A DNA stretch of 64,000 bases from positions 2,336-66,335 of the forward strand of contig CALHZK010000011.1 of assembly GCA_938040655.1 (NCBI GenBank), written 5' to 3'. The position numbers and the translations under genes are program-made. A model generated the notes under the pieces. The model saw only the letters and a program-made list of their open reading frames with translations, searched no databases and was not told the DNA's origin. Shown in pieces: positions 30,905 through 39,347 of this stretch (positions are counted from its first letter, which is position 1; the number at the start of each line of letters is the position of its first letter). The DNA is from an uncultured Candidatus Saccharibacteria bacterium (GTDB taxonomy: Bacteria > Patescibacteriota > Saccharimonadia > Saccharimonadales > Saccharimonadaceae).

Positions 30905-32272
30905 GTGCTGATAAATAGTCGAGCAGTGTGGCAGGGTGTGTTAGGTGAGATGGAACTGTCAATTCCTGCTTCTTCGTTTTCAGCCTGGTTTCGCTCGACT
31001 GAATTAGAAATTGTTTCGGATAATGAAGTCGTCGTCATAGCACCAAATATTTTTGTCAAAACCCAATTAGAAAAACGCTACCGCCAACAAATTACCGAGT
31101 GCTTGGAGAAAAATGGTCTTATCTCGCCGACGGTCCGCTTTCGAATTAAGTCAAACAAAGACAGCAAACCGCGCCTGAGCCGCGACGAGCCAAAGCCAGC
31201 AGCAGCCAAAGAGCCACCCACCAATACCCCGCCGCGTATCGGCAGAAAAACTACGCCGGGCAACCTCAATCCGCGATATACTTTTGATAACTTTATTGTC
31301 GGCTCGAGTAACGACCTCGCCCACGCTGCTTGCCAGGCAGTCGCTGACAATCCTGGCACCAAATATAATCCGCTCTATCTCTATGGTGGATCCGGTCTTG
31401 GTAAAACGCACCTTATGCAAGCAGTTGGCAATGAAATCATCCGGCGACAACCGACTGCTCGAGTCCTCTACACGACGATCGAAACTTTTGTGAATGAGTT
31501 TGTTGACTCGATTCGCTTTAAGAAAAAAGGGTTTTCTGATAAATATCGCAATGTCGATGTGCTTATCGTCGATGATATGCAATTTATCGCCAATAAAGAA
31601 CAGACACAAGATGCCTTCTTTCATACTTTTAACGACCTTCATCAGAATGATAAACAAATCATCATCAGTTCTGATAAGCCTCCCAAGAGTATCCCTACAT
31701 TGACCGACCGACTGCGTAGCCGTTTTGAATGGGGGATGACAATCGATGTTCAAATGCCAGACTACGAGACTCGCTGTGCTATTGTCACCGCCAAAGCAAG
31801 CCTTAGTGGCGCTGAATTGGCGAGCGATGTGGTTGAATTTTTGGCAGCGAACTTCAAGACGAACATCCGCGAGCTCGAGGGCGCACTCAACCAACTACTC
31901 GCTTACGCTGAGATGCAAAATATTGTACCAGATGTCGAAATCGCCGAAGGACTACTCGGCAACGTCAAACGGTCGCGACCACGGCACATTACGGCTCGTC
32001 AGATTTTAGAGAAAACGGCTCGTCACTTTGGTGTCGAAGTGAAAGATATCTGCTCACCAAAGCGCGATAAATATATTATGCAACCTCGCCAGATTGCGAT
32101 GTATCTACTCCGGAGCGAGCTAAAAATGAGCTTCCCAAAAATCGCCCAAGAGCTTGGCCGTAAAGACCACACCACTGCAATGTATGCAGTTGAAAAGATT
32201 ACCAAAGAGAGCCTGGTAAATATCGCGGTTCGAGAACAGATCAACGATGTCCGCGACAAGCTCTACGTGTAA
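30905..32272 (+). CDS. dnaA: chromosomal replication initiator DnaA
   Basis: Walker A GGSGLGKTHL, an AAA+ core, and a C-terminal DnaA-box binding domain (DHTTAMYA). A GTG start is preceded by AAGGAG with a 6-nt spacer. Confidence 0.97.
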   Translation: MLINSRAVWQGVLGEMELSIPASSFSAWFRSTELEIVSDNEVVVIAPNIFVKTQLEKRYRQQITECLEKNGLISPTVRFRIKSNKDSKPRLSRDEPKPAAAKEPPTNTPPRIGRKTTPGNLNPRYTFDNFIVGSSNDLAHAACQAVADNPGTKYNPLYLYGGSGLGKTHLMQAVGNEIIRRQPTARVLYTTIETFVNEFVDSIRFKKKGFSDKYRNVDVLIVDDMQFIANKEQTQDAFFHTFNDLHQNDKQIIISSDKPPKSIPTLTDRLRSRFEWGMTIDVQMPDYETRCAIVTAKASLSGAELASDVVEFLAANFKTNIRELEGALNQLLAYAEMQNIVPDVEIAEGLLGNVKRSRPRHITARQILEKTARHFGVEVKDICSPKRDKYIMQPRQIAMYLLRSELKMSFPKIAQELGRKDHTTAMYAVEKITKESLVNIAVREQINDVRDKLYV

Positions 32273-32317
32273 AACCTGCGAAAAACATGGGTAAAATTTG
32301 TCGAAAGGTTTGGCAGT

Positions 32318-32525
32318 GTATCCACTGCCGGCTCATAATGAATCGGCACGATTTATAGGCCGTGGACAACCCGCCGACTATCCACTCAAATTCCCCGATC
32401 CATCCACTGACCTATCCACAGCAACCACTCCGACACTACCCCTGATAAATCAGGACTTTTACCCAGTTTACACAACACTTATTATTATCAAGACAAAAGA
32501 AATATAAAAAGGTATAATAGATATT
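32318..32525. other. candidate oriC core: DnaA boxes plus AT-rich unwinding region in the dnaA-dnaN spacer
   Basis: Four same-orientation (T/C)ATCCAC boxes at 32318-32326, 32378-32386, 32400-32408 and 32412-32420, plus a reverse TTGTCCACG at 32361-32369. A roughly 70-nt AT-rich tract (32455-32525) follows. Confidence 0.65.
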
Positions 32526-33626
32526 ATGAAGTTGACTGTCACCCAAGAAAACCTCGCCAAATCACTCGCTATCATTAGTCGAGTAGCTAGTAGTCGCAAC
32601 GAGCTGGCTATTTTAAATAATATCTTGCTACGTACTGATGGCGGTCGACTCTTAATCGCCGCGACAAATTTAGAGATTGCATCGACGCAGTATATTGGCG
32701 CAAAGGTTGAGCAGCCAGGGTCAATCACGGTGCCAGCGCGGCTGGTGTCAGAATTTGTCTCAAGCTTGCCAAGTGGTACAGTTGAGCTGGAAGTAAAAAA
32801 TGATCATCTCCACATTACGGCTGGTAAATTCTCTTCGGTGATTAATGGCGTGGTGGCTGATGAGTTTCCAGAGCTGCCGACTGTCAATGAGGCTGATTCG
32901 GTCAAAGTGACCGTTCCGATAGATGCTTTCAAAAAGGCTGTTTCACAGGTACTGATCGCTGCCAGTAACGACCTCACACGAGCCGTCTTGACTGGGGTAT
33001 ATTGGCATACGTATGAGGGAGTGCTCTACTTGGCGGCGACTGATGGCTATCGATTGGCCGAAAAACGCTGCCATACGATAGATCAGGATATTGCGGCGGT
33101 CATCCCTGCCTCAACTCTCCAAGAAGTGATGCGAAGTCTGCAGGATGTCTCAGAAGATATGACGATTTTCTTTGATGAGACGCAGGTTTGTTTTTGGACA
33201 GCCGACATGGAGATTATTAGCCGCTTGATTGACGGAAAATTTCCTGATTATCGACAGCTCATCCCCGCGAAGTCAGAGACGACGATCACAGTGAAAAAGG
33301 CTGATTTTGCTCGGATCACCAAAGTGGCGAGCCTATTTGCTCGCGAGTCAGGCGGCGGTATTACGCTACTGGCCTCACACGAGGACTCTCTGCTGTCGAT
33401 ACACTCAATTGCCTCTGAATTAGGCGAAAACACCTCTGAGGCAAGTGCTCAGGTGACGCATGATGGGCAGATTACCCTCAACTCTCGCTACCTGATAGAA
33501 GCGCTCAATGTGATCGATGGCGACGAGGTGACATTTGCCTTCAGCGGTAAACTGTCGCCATGTATCATCCGTCAGGATGCCAAACAGACCGATTACACAC
33601 ACATTATCATGCCGCTCAAAAGCTAA
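32526..33626 (+). CDS. dnaN: DNA polymerase III beta sliding clamp
   Basis: 366 aa with a three-domain clamp pattern, starting MKLTV..ENL and ending IMPLKS. It is syntenic with dnaA. Confidence 0.95.
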   Translation: MKLTVTQENLAKSLAIISRVASSRNELAILNNILLRTDGGRLLIAATNLEIASTQYIGAKVEQPGSITVPARLVSEFVSSLPSGTVELEVKNDHLHITAGKFSSVINGVVADEFPELPTVNEADSVKVTVPIDAFKKAVSQVLIAASNDLTRAVLTGVYWHTYEGVLYLAATDGYRLAEKRCHTIDQDIAAVIPASTLQEVMRSLQDVSEDMTIFFDETQVCFWTADMEIISRLIDGKFPDYRQLIPAKSETTITVKKADFARITKVASLFARESGGGITLLASHEDSLLSIHSIASELGENTSEASAQVTHDGQITLNSRYLIEALNVIDGDEVTFAFSGKLSPCIIRQDAKQTDYTHIIMPLKS

Positions 33627-33629
33627 GTA

Positions 33630-34379
33630 TTAGTAAATCGAGGCGCGGATAATCGAGTACTCGATCTTATATTTAGCTGGGTCTAGGCCGACAGATTTGA
33701 TCCAGTCGTTGATTTCCTTTTTGTATCCCTCGACAGCCGCTGCAGGGTCGCTACGCTCGTCTGCGCCGCTGGTCTCGATTCTGGCTTTGAGTGTGTTAGA
33801 TTGGCTGTCATAGGTGATTTTGTATGACAAAGTCTCTTTTGGTAAGAATTGTAGGATTGGGTCGTTTTCGCCGTGTGTCTCGCTAAACATGTCGTGACAT
33901 TTGAAGTTTTTGTAAATGACATCAGCTTGGTCGGGGCACGATACTACCGTGCCCCACTCGTCGACATTTGTTTGATTGTTGTGGTTTTGTGCCCACTGGT
34001 AGGAGACTTTGTATGACTGCTGTAGCTTGGCGCTATCGACAATAAAGCGCACTGTATGGACGCCGTTTTTATCGTCGTACTTCTGCGAGAAGCTATTCTG
34101 CCTGATGGTCAAGTCGGTGACATCTTTGCCAGCAATCGGTTGTTTGAGATTTTGGTTAATTGTCTTTAGTAAATCGTTCTCAATATATTGGACAGTTCGG
34201 CGGTCACTCGGTTTACCGCGAGTCAGTTCGCTGAGATTCTTGATAGTCACGGCATCGCCAAACGGATTACTCGGGTAGAAGAATCGGTAGACCAGAAAGC
34301 TGATACTCGCGATCAACAAGATGATAATCACGCTGAGCGCTGCTTTTGCTTTCTTATCAAGGGCAGCGAACTGATTCAT
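33630..34379 (-). CDS. bitopic membrane protein, last gene of the T4SS-like operon (a VirB8/TcpC-like role is a guess)
   Basis: N-terminal TM segment plus a roughly 200-aa external domain. The start is 2 nt from the upstream stop. Confidence 0.4.
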   Translation of the reverse strand: MNQFAALDKKAKAALSVIIILLIASISFLVYRFFYPSNPFGDAVTIKNLSELTRGKPSDRRTVQYIENDLLKTINQNLKQPIAGKDVTDLTIRQNSFSQKYDDKNGVHTVRFIVDSAKLQQSYKVSYQWAQNHNNQTNVDEWGTVVSCPDQADVIYKNFKCHDMFSETHGENDPILQFLPKETLSYKITYDSQSNTLKARIETSGADERSDPAAAVEGYKKEINDWIKSVGLDPAKYKIEYSIIRASIY

Positions 34380-34380
34380 G

Positions 34381-35847
34381 CTACTTCACTTCTCCGTCGG
34401 CGATAAACTTTTGGATTTTTGCAGTGTCAACACTCGATGGGTAGGCAAATTCTTTTGGCACAACACCCTGCCAGACTTTCGGATCGTTCTTTTTGCCAAT
34501 CATCACATAGGCAGCACCATCACCCCATTTAGTGCCGCTTCCGGCACCTTTGGCGCCCTTTTGAGTGCCGGCGCTACAGCTCGCCTGGCCAACGATCACG
34601 GTATCGCCATGTACCCCTAGCACGATACCGGTGTGCCCAGCACCGCCATCTCCCCAGCTAAAGGTAGCGAAGGCTTTTGGCTCGCTGCCAGTCTTGGCAC
34701 CCTTAGCTCGCATGTTTTTCACGACGTCGACTCCGTTACCCATCCGGCCGGTGGTTGGTATGTCGGTAAAGGCGGCGTTGAAGAATTTAGAGAAAGTGAC
34801 GCAGTTGGAGCCGTGGCCACCACAGTAAGCCCAGTAGGCTGGGCCGGCCATTTTTCTGCTGTAGCCATTTTTGTTTGCCCCGTAGTTTTTAGCAAGTTGG
34901 ATGGCCTGCTCTTTGGTGAGGCCCTGGCTGGAGACTGGCCCACTCGGGTTTGATTGGTTGTTGTCGCTATTTTCAGGGGTACAATTGGTCGTGCCGTCGG
35001 TACTCTGAGGACTAATCTTACCACGTAATGATGCATACATAACGAAAGCACCGTGGTCAGCATTGGCCGGGGTTTTGAGCGGCCCGTAATCGCGTTTCAC
35101 TTGCCCCCACTTAGAGTTTACGCCATTCTTTTCGTTGCCACCGATGTACGGTTCTCGCTTGGCATCAGCCTTGTTCATCACGTAGGGCGACCCCTCGCCG
35201 ATTTCTGCCTGCTCTTCTGAAAAGCCGAGAGCTCGTGCCTGCTCCTTATATCTTTTGGAAGTTCCGTTATACGCGAAGAAAGTGTATTTTATTGCCTTTT
35301 CATCGCCCTTCTTTAGGGCGTTTGCATATTTTCCAGCTTTTCCTAAAAGGAACTGGGCAGCCCTATCTGTCTGGCGCTGAAATTCCTGATCGCTCACTTT
35401 AAGTCCCGGAGGATAAGGACCACCCTCCTTGCCGACAAATTGGTAGATTCCCTGGTCGTTCGTTGTTGGATTTGCTTTTTTTAGGCCAGACTCTCGCTTG
35501 TGGACCACCGCCAGCATCTCCCAGGGGATACCGACTTTATCGGCGGCTGATTTATAGACTGGCGCGTTGGCCCGAATTGTTTCGAGCTCCTTTTTGTTAA
35601 AGACCTCTCGGTTTAAGTAATCAAGGCTGGCCTTGATAGCGTTTCCCAGTACATTCCCGGCGGTCTCTGGTGAGATGTCGGTTGTCTCTGAGCCGACCGA
35701 GCAGACCTCGTCGTCTGGTTTGTAGTAGAGGATGTCATTTGATGAATAAAAATCCTCGTTAAAGCTGCTTTTCGCCATGGTCATATACGGCATTAGCACC
35801 GCTATAGCACAGGCGATAGTAATAATTTGATATAGTTTTGCCTTCAT
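34381..35847 (-). CDS. secreted two-domain peptidoglycan hydrolase: lytic-transglycosylase-like + CHAP
   Basis: It has a signal peptide. HKRESGL...GIYQF resembles the SLT catalytic Glu-Ser and GxxQ motifs. The C-terminal NCVTFSKFF...GHTGIVLG...D pattern fits the CHAP Cys-His arrangement. Confidence 0.7.
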   Translation of the reverse strand: MKAKLYQIITIACAIAVLMPYMTMAKSSFNEDFYSSNDILYYKPDDEVCSVGSETTDISPETAGNVLGNAIKASLDYLNREVFNKKELETIRANAPVYKSAADKVGIPWEMLAVVHKRESGLKKANPTTNDQGIYQFVGKEGGPYPPGLKVSDQEFQRQTDRAAQFLLGKAGKYANALKKGDEKAIKYTFFAYNGTSKRYKEQARALGFSEEQAEIGEGSPYVMNKADAKREPYIGGNEKNGVNSKWGQVKRDYGPLKTPANADHGAFVMYASLRGKISPQSTDGTTNCTPENSDNNQSNPSGPVSSQGLTKEQAIQLAKNYGANKNGYSRKMAGPAYWAYCGGHGSNCVTFSKFFNAAFTDIPTTGRMGNGVDVVKNMRAKGAKTGSEPKAFATFSWGDGGAGHTGIVLGVHGDTVIVGQASCSAGTQKGAKGAGSGTKWGDGAAYVMIGKKNDPKVWQGVVPKEFAYPSSVDTAKIQKFIADGEVK

Positions 35848-36296
35848 GGGTTACTCCTCCTCTGTCGTTTGGCATCGACGGACTTACTATTGAGCGTATA
35901 GGTGATAGTGTACGTAGTATCGCCAATGGTGACGCGAAAGGACTGAGTGTCACCAAGCGTATCTGTTGACAGATCAGAAATCGCCCCGTTGATAAACTCG
36001 GGCGTTTGTTTGTGGTCTGTCGTATAATCATCAAGCAGTGAATTAACCAGGTGGTTTTGCGTTTCGGTATCCATAGTTGTAGATAGCGAGCGGCCCTGGT
36101 TATCTTGGGTATCCCAGCCAGATAATACAAGTGTTTTTTCCTCTGGTGAGCCAGCACCGCCAGTTGGGCCGGTATAGTTGTCGTTACCTCGGAATGGATT
36201 GAACATGAAGATAATCACCGCCACGATCAACACCAATAATACTACAGTGCTTATGATGATAACTGCTCGTCGATGTGTGCGTAAAAACTGCTGCAT
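35844..36296 (-). CDS. small bitopic membrane protein of the T4SS-like operon
   Basis: 150 aa with an N-terminal TM segment. It overlaps both neighbours, by 1 nt upstream and 4 nt downstream. Confidence 0.5.
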   Translation of the reverse strand: MQQFLRTHRRAVIIISTVVLLVLIVAVIIFMFNPFRGNDNYTGPTGGAGSPEEKTLVLSGWDTQDNQGRSLSTTMDTETQNHLVNSLLDDYTTDHKQTPEFINGAISDLSTDTLGDTQSFRVTIGDTTYTITYTLNSKSVDAKRQRRSNP

Positions 36297-39200
36297 TAGT
36301 TTGCCCTCTTAACGATCCACATACCACGGGTACCGCTATCCTGGCCAAAATAGAATTGGCCTGGTTTAAACCCTTCATCGCTGGTGGTGCGTTTGCGGCT
36401 GGCTGGGTCGCCGACCAAGAAATTGCCGTCGCTGGTCTTGCCACGAATCACCAGGATGTGCCCGCCGTTGGTGAACGGTGTTTTTTGCCTGACTGATATC
36501 AACACCAGCCCACCCTGGTCAAGGCCGCGAGTCGCATTGTCGGCACTTGGCTGAACTTTCTCAAAGGTGACACCATAATTATTTTTGAAATAATGGCTTT
36601 GGTCTTGCCAGATCCACTTTGAGCCACAATCTGGTAACTGCCCCTTTAGCTGGACAAAGGTATCAGCCATTTGCTTTGGTGTGACCTTTTTATCAGGGTT
36701 GAGCGCGCTGATGATACTGGCAACTGATGTCGGGCCACAGCCGCATTCATTGATCGAGCCAGAGCCGTAGCGCTGTGACTTCCATGGATCTTCTACCTGG
36801 TAGTACATACTTTCTTTAAGGTTTGATGGATTGCCCGGTGTACCGGATTGAGGTGTTGTTTGCTCATCGCCTTCTTCGTCTTCACCGTTGGTCGACTGGG
36901 CAATTTGGAAATCAACCAAGAAAACAGACATAGCCGAGACCGCCCGAGCGTCTTTCAATTTTTCAGGGTTTTTGAGCGGTGCATCATTTTCGCCGGCGCC
37001 ATCTTTGAGAGTGTCGCTACTACAGACGCTCTTACCCTCGCCCTTGTTGACGCACTCAGTTTTGACCTTTCGCTTCAAGAGGTCATTTGAGCCGTCGTCG
37101 ACCATACAGCCAGCGGCGCTGAACAGATAGTCACCGCTACTGGCATCGCTACAACTGGTGATGTAATCAGCCAGTGGCGAGTCTTCCTTGATATAACTAC
37201 CGATCAGCTCATCAACCGTCGCACCATCTGGCACGTCGGCGTCAGGATTAATCCACCCTTCACGTGCCAATATATCGATCGCTTCCTCGGTGCTCATCGC
37301 ATCTTGACCAGGGGTGATACCAGTACACGGGAGGCCTGCCATGTTGATACCTGGGGTCGCATCGCGGCCATCGACGACCGTCTCGAGGCCAAAGTTGCTG
37401 GCGTAATTACAGTATTGCTGGTTAAAGCCAACCGCTGCACCGGCGGTCGACGGCGATAATGCCATCGCCGGCAAACGGAAGAGGTTGCTGGCCATCGACG
37501 CCAACGATGTATTGTAGGTGCCGCTAGCCAACATCGTATTTTGCATCGATGAGACAATACTCCCCAAAAATGTGTATTGGCTTGAGGTGTCAAACGGACT
37601 CAGTGAGGCAATATCCATCTCGCGCTGGAACTTCTCGTTCTCGGCCTTGATATTGTTGAAGGCCTTGACATCATTGCGCCGCAGCACTGGGATGTGCCGA
37701 GCCATGCTGCCAGAAGAGAAGAAGGCAGCGGCTGAAGTACCTAAGACATCCCCTAGCTCACGGCCGCGGGCCTTTGGTAGGTCATCATTTTTGGCGATTT
37801 CGGTGATAGCCTTTTCGACTGTCTCACCCAGCAGGTCCTTCGTAATTTCGCCGACAATCTCTGACACTACCCAGTTAGCGATTAACCCAAGCAGCCCACC
37901 GGTCGCCACACTCGCCACGACCGAGGCGGTCATCGCTGAATACATAGCAGCGGGGCTGAGGATCGCATTACACTCGGTCTCGCTGGCATCGGTGACTTTC
38001 TTTGAGGCTTTGACTAGCTTATTGTTGAGTGCACCATTACCAGGGGCATATTTTTTTGACAGGCCGACTTTACCTTTGTTGACGCCGATTGCTGCTAGCA
38101 AAATCGCTGAATCAAGTGCCGAACCAACATTGCCATCATTATCTTTGGTCCGCTCAGTTAGTATGTTTCCTGCTGCCTCGGCATCTTTCGCGCTGAAACC
38201 GCTGCCGTCGCCAGCCGCCTTCGCCTTAGACCCTGGTGACAAGATAAAGTCCATCACAAACGGCATAAGTTGCGCGAGCTGAACTGCCGCCACCCCAGCG
38301 GCAATATATTGCGGTAGCTTTGCAGCGGTACAACTTGATGCAGCGATAAAGTAAGCTGTACCACCTTTCTTCAGCTTCCCTAAATTCGCCTCAACCTTGC
38401 TCTTGACCTTGCCGGTGATACCAGAGGCTTTTTCGCTCAGTTTTGGTATACTTTCTTTGTATTTAGCCAGGCGTTCCTTGGCCGAGCCCTTGAGTTTCGA
38501 TAATGCATTGCCATTGCGGTTTAAACGAAATACGTTGTAGAATTTCTTCTTGATATATTTACCGCGCCAGGCTCGAAACCGCATATTAAAGGCGCCGGCT
38601 CGCCCCAACACCTTGGCGGCCAGCTCTCGATTCTCTGACTGGGTCAGATAGCCGGTCAGATCCTTGGCCTTGACATTAATTGGCGGCTTGCCATCGCCCT
38701 TGTCGATAGTATAAAACGCAGGGTTCTTCTCTGGGTAGCCGATTCGCTTGGTATCCATTCGCTCGCCGTTTGCAGTATGAGCGACCACACCCTTTTTGGA
38801 TAATTTGCGTAGGGCATGGTTGGAAATTCGGCCCATTTTACACTTAACCTTATGAGCTTTACAGAGGTCAGGGTTGGTCATGTGCTTGAACACTCGCATA
38901 AATCGGCGCTCCATGACCGGGCTCGCGGAGTCATTGTGAAGATTGAGATTACTCGTCAGGCCAATCAGCATAGTGAAAAAGGCGAACGTTCCGCCCAAGA
39001 AGGTGGCGCCAAAGCCAAATATCGCCAGCCCGCCGAGTATCCCACCTCGTTTCTTGAGAGTAGAGGTAATTTTGTTCTGTTTTTTTGACTGACGTGGTGA
39101 ATAGAGATTCTGAGCGGTATTTTCTCGCTGCTTGAGGGTGTCTTGAGCGGTTTGGTCGGGAGATTGACTCCGGGCGTTGTCGTCACGATAGCCTGCCTCG

Positions 39201-39322
39201 ATCTGATCCCACTGGGCCTGCTCACGGGCGTCGAGCGGTTTATCAGTATACATGTCTGAAGAAGGATCGGCCGGATTAAGCCGGTCGTCTGCTCTGTCAT
39301 CCGTTTTATAACTCAACGCCAT
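36296..39322 (-). CDS. 1008-aa membrane protein with C-terminal papain-fold (peptidase C39-like) domain
   Basis: Several TM segments (around residues 95-125, 330-360 and 470-500). The C-terminal 170 aa contain NECGCGPTSVASII and GGHILVIRG, the Cys and His motifs of C39-like peptidases. Confidence 0.6.
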   Translation of the reverse strand: MALSYKTDDRADDRLNPADPSSDMYTDKPLDAREQAQWDQIEAGYRDDNARSQSPDQTAQDTLKQRENTAQNLYSPRQSKKQNKITSTLKKRGGILGGLAIFGFGATFLGGTFAFFTMLIGLTSNLNLHNDSASPVMERRFMRVFKHMTNPDLCKAHKVKCKMGRISNHALRKLSKKGVVAHTANGERMDTKRIGYPEKNPAFYTIDKGDGKPPINVKAKDLTGYLTQSENRELAAKVLGRAGAFNMRFRAWRGKYIKKKFYNVFRLNRNGNALSKLKGSAKERLAKYKESIPKLSEKASGITGKVKSKVEANLGKLKKGGTAYFIAASSCTAAKLPQYIAAGVAAVQLAQLMPFVMDFILSPGSKAKAAGDGSGFSAKDAEAAGNILTERTKDNDGNVGSALDSAILLAAIGVNKGKVGLSKKYAPGNGALNNKLVKASKKVTDASETECNAILSPAAMYSAMTASVVASVATGGLLGLIANWVVSEIVGEITKDLLGETVEKAITEIAKNDDLPKARGRELGDVLGTSAAAFFSSGSMARHIPVLRRNDVKAFNNIKAENEKFQREMDIASLSPFDTSSQYTFLGSIVSSMQNTMLASGTYNTSLASMASNLFRLPAMALSPSTAGAAVGFNQQYCNYASNFGLETVVDGRDATPGINMAGLPCTGITPGQDAMSTEEAIDILAREGWINPDADVPDGATVDELIGSYIKEDSPLADYITSCSDASSGDYLFSAAGCMVDDGSNDLLKRKVKTECVNKGEGKSVCSSDTLKDGAGENDAPLKNPEKLKDARAVSAMSVFLVDFQIAQSTNGEDEEGDEQTTPQSGTPGNPSNLKESMYYQVEDPWKSQRYGSGSINECGCGPTSVASIISALNPDKKVTPKQMADTFVQLKGQLPDCGSKWIWQDQSHYFKNNYGVTFEKVQPSADNATRGLDQGGLVLISVRQKTPFTNGGHILVIRGKTSDGNFLVGDPASRKRTTSDEGFKPGQFYFGQDSGTRGMWIVKRAN

Positions 39323-39347
39323 AACGCTATATTCCTATTATACTCTA

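Noticed and set aside
31151-31894. 247-aa minus-strand ORF inside dnaA
   Set aside because: It is antisense to a strongly conserved dnaA coding region. It has Cys/Arg-rich junk-like composition and no Shine-Dalgarno sequence, so it is a shadow ORF.
37518-38282. 254-aa + strand ORF inside the 1008-aa T4SS gene (and similarly 42260-42928 inside the PrgI-like gene, 7714-8325 inside rmlB, and 60434-61033 inside the kinase-phosphatase gene)
   Set aside because: All are antisense to longer ORFs that carry recognisable motifs or operon context. Their composition is typical of the opposite-frame translation of the real genes.
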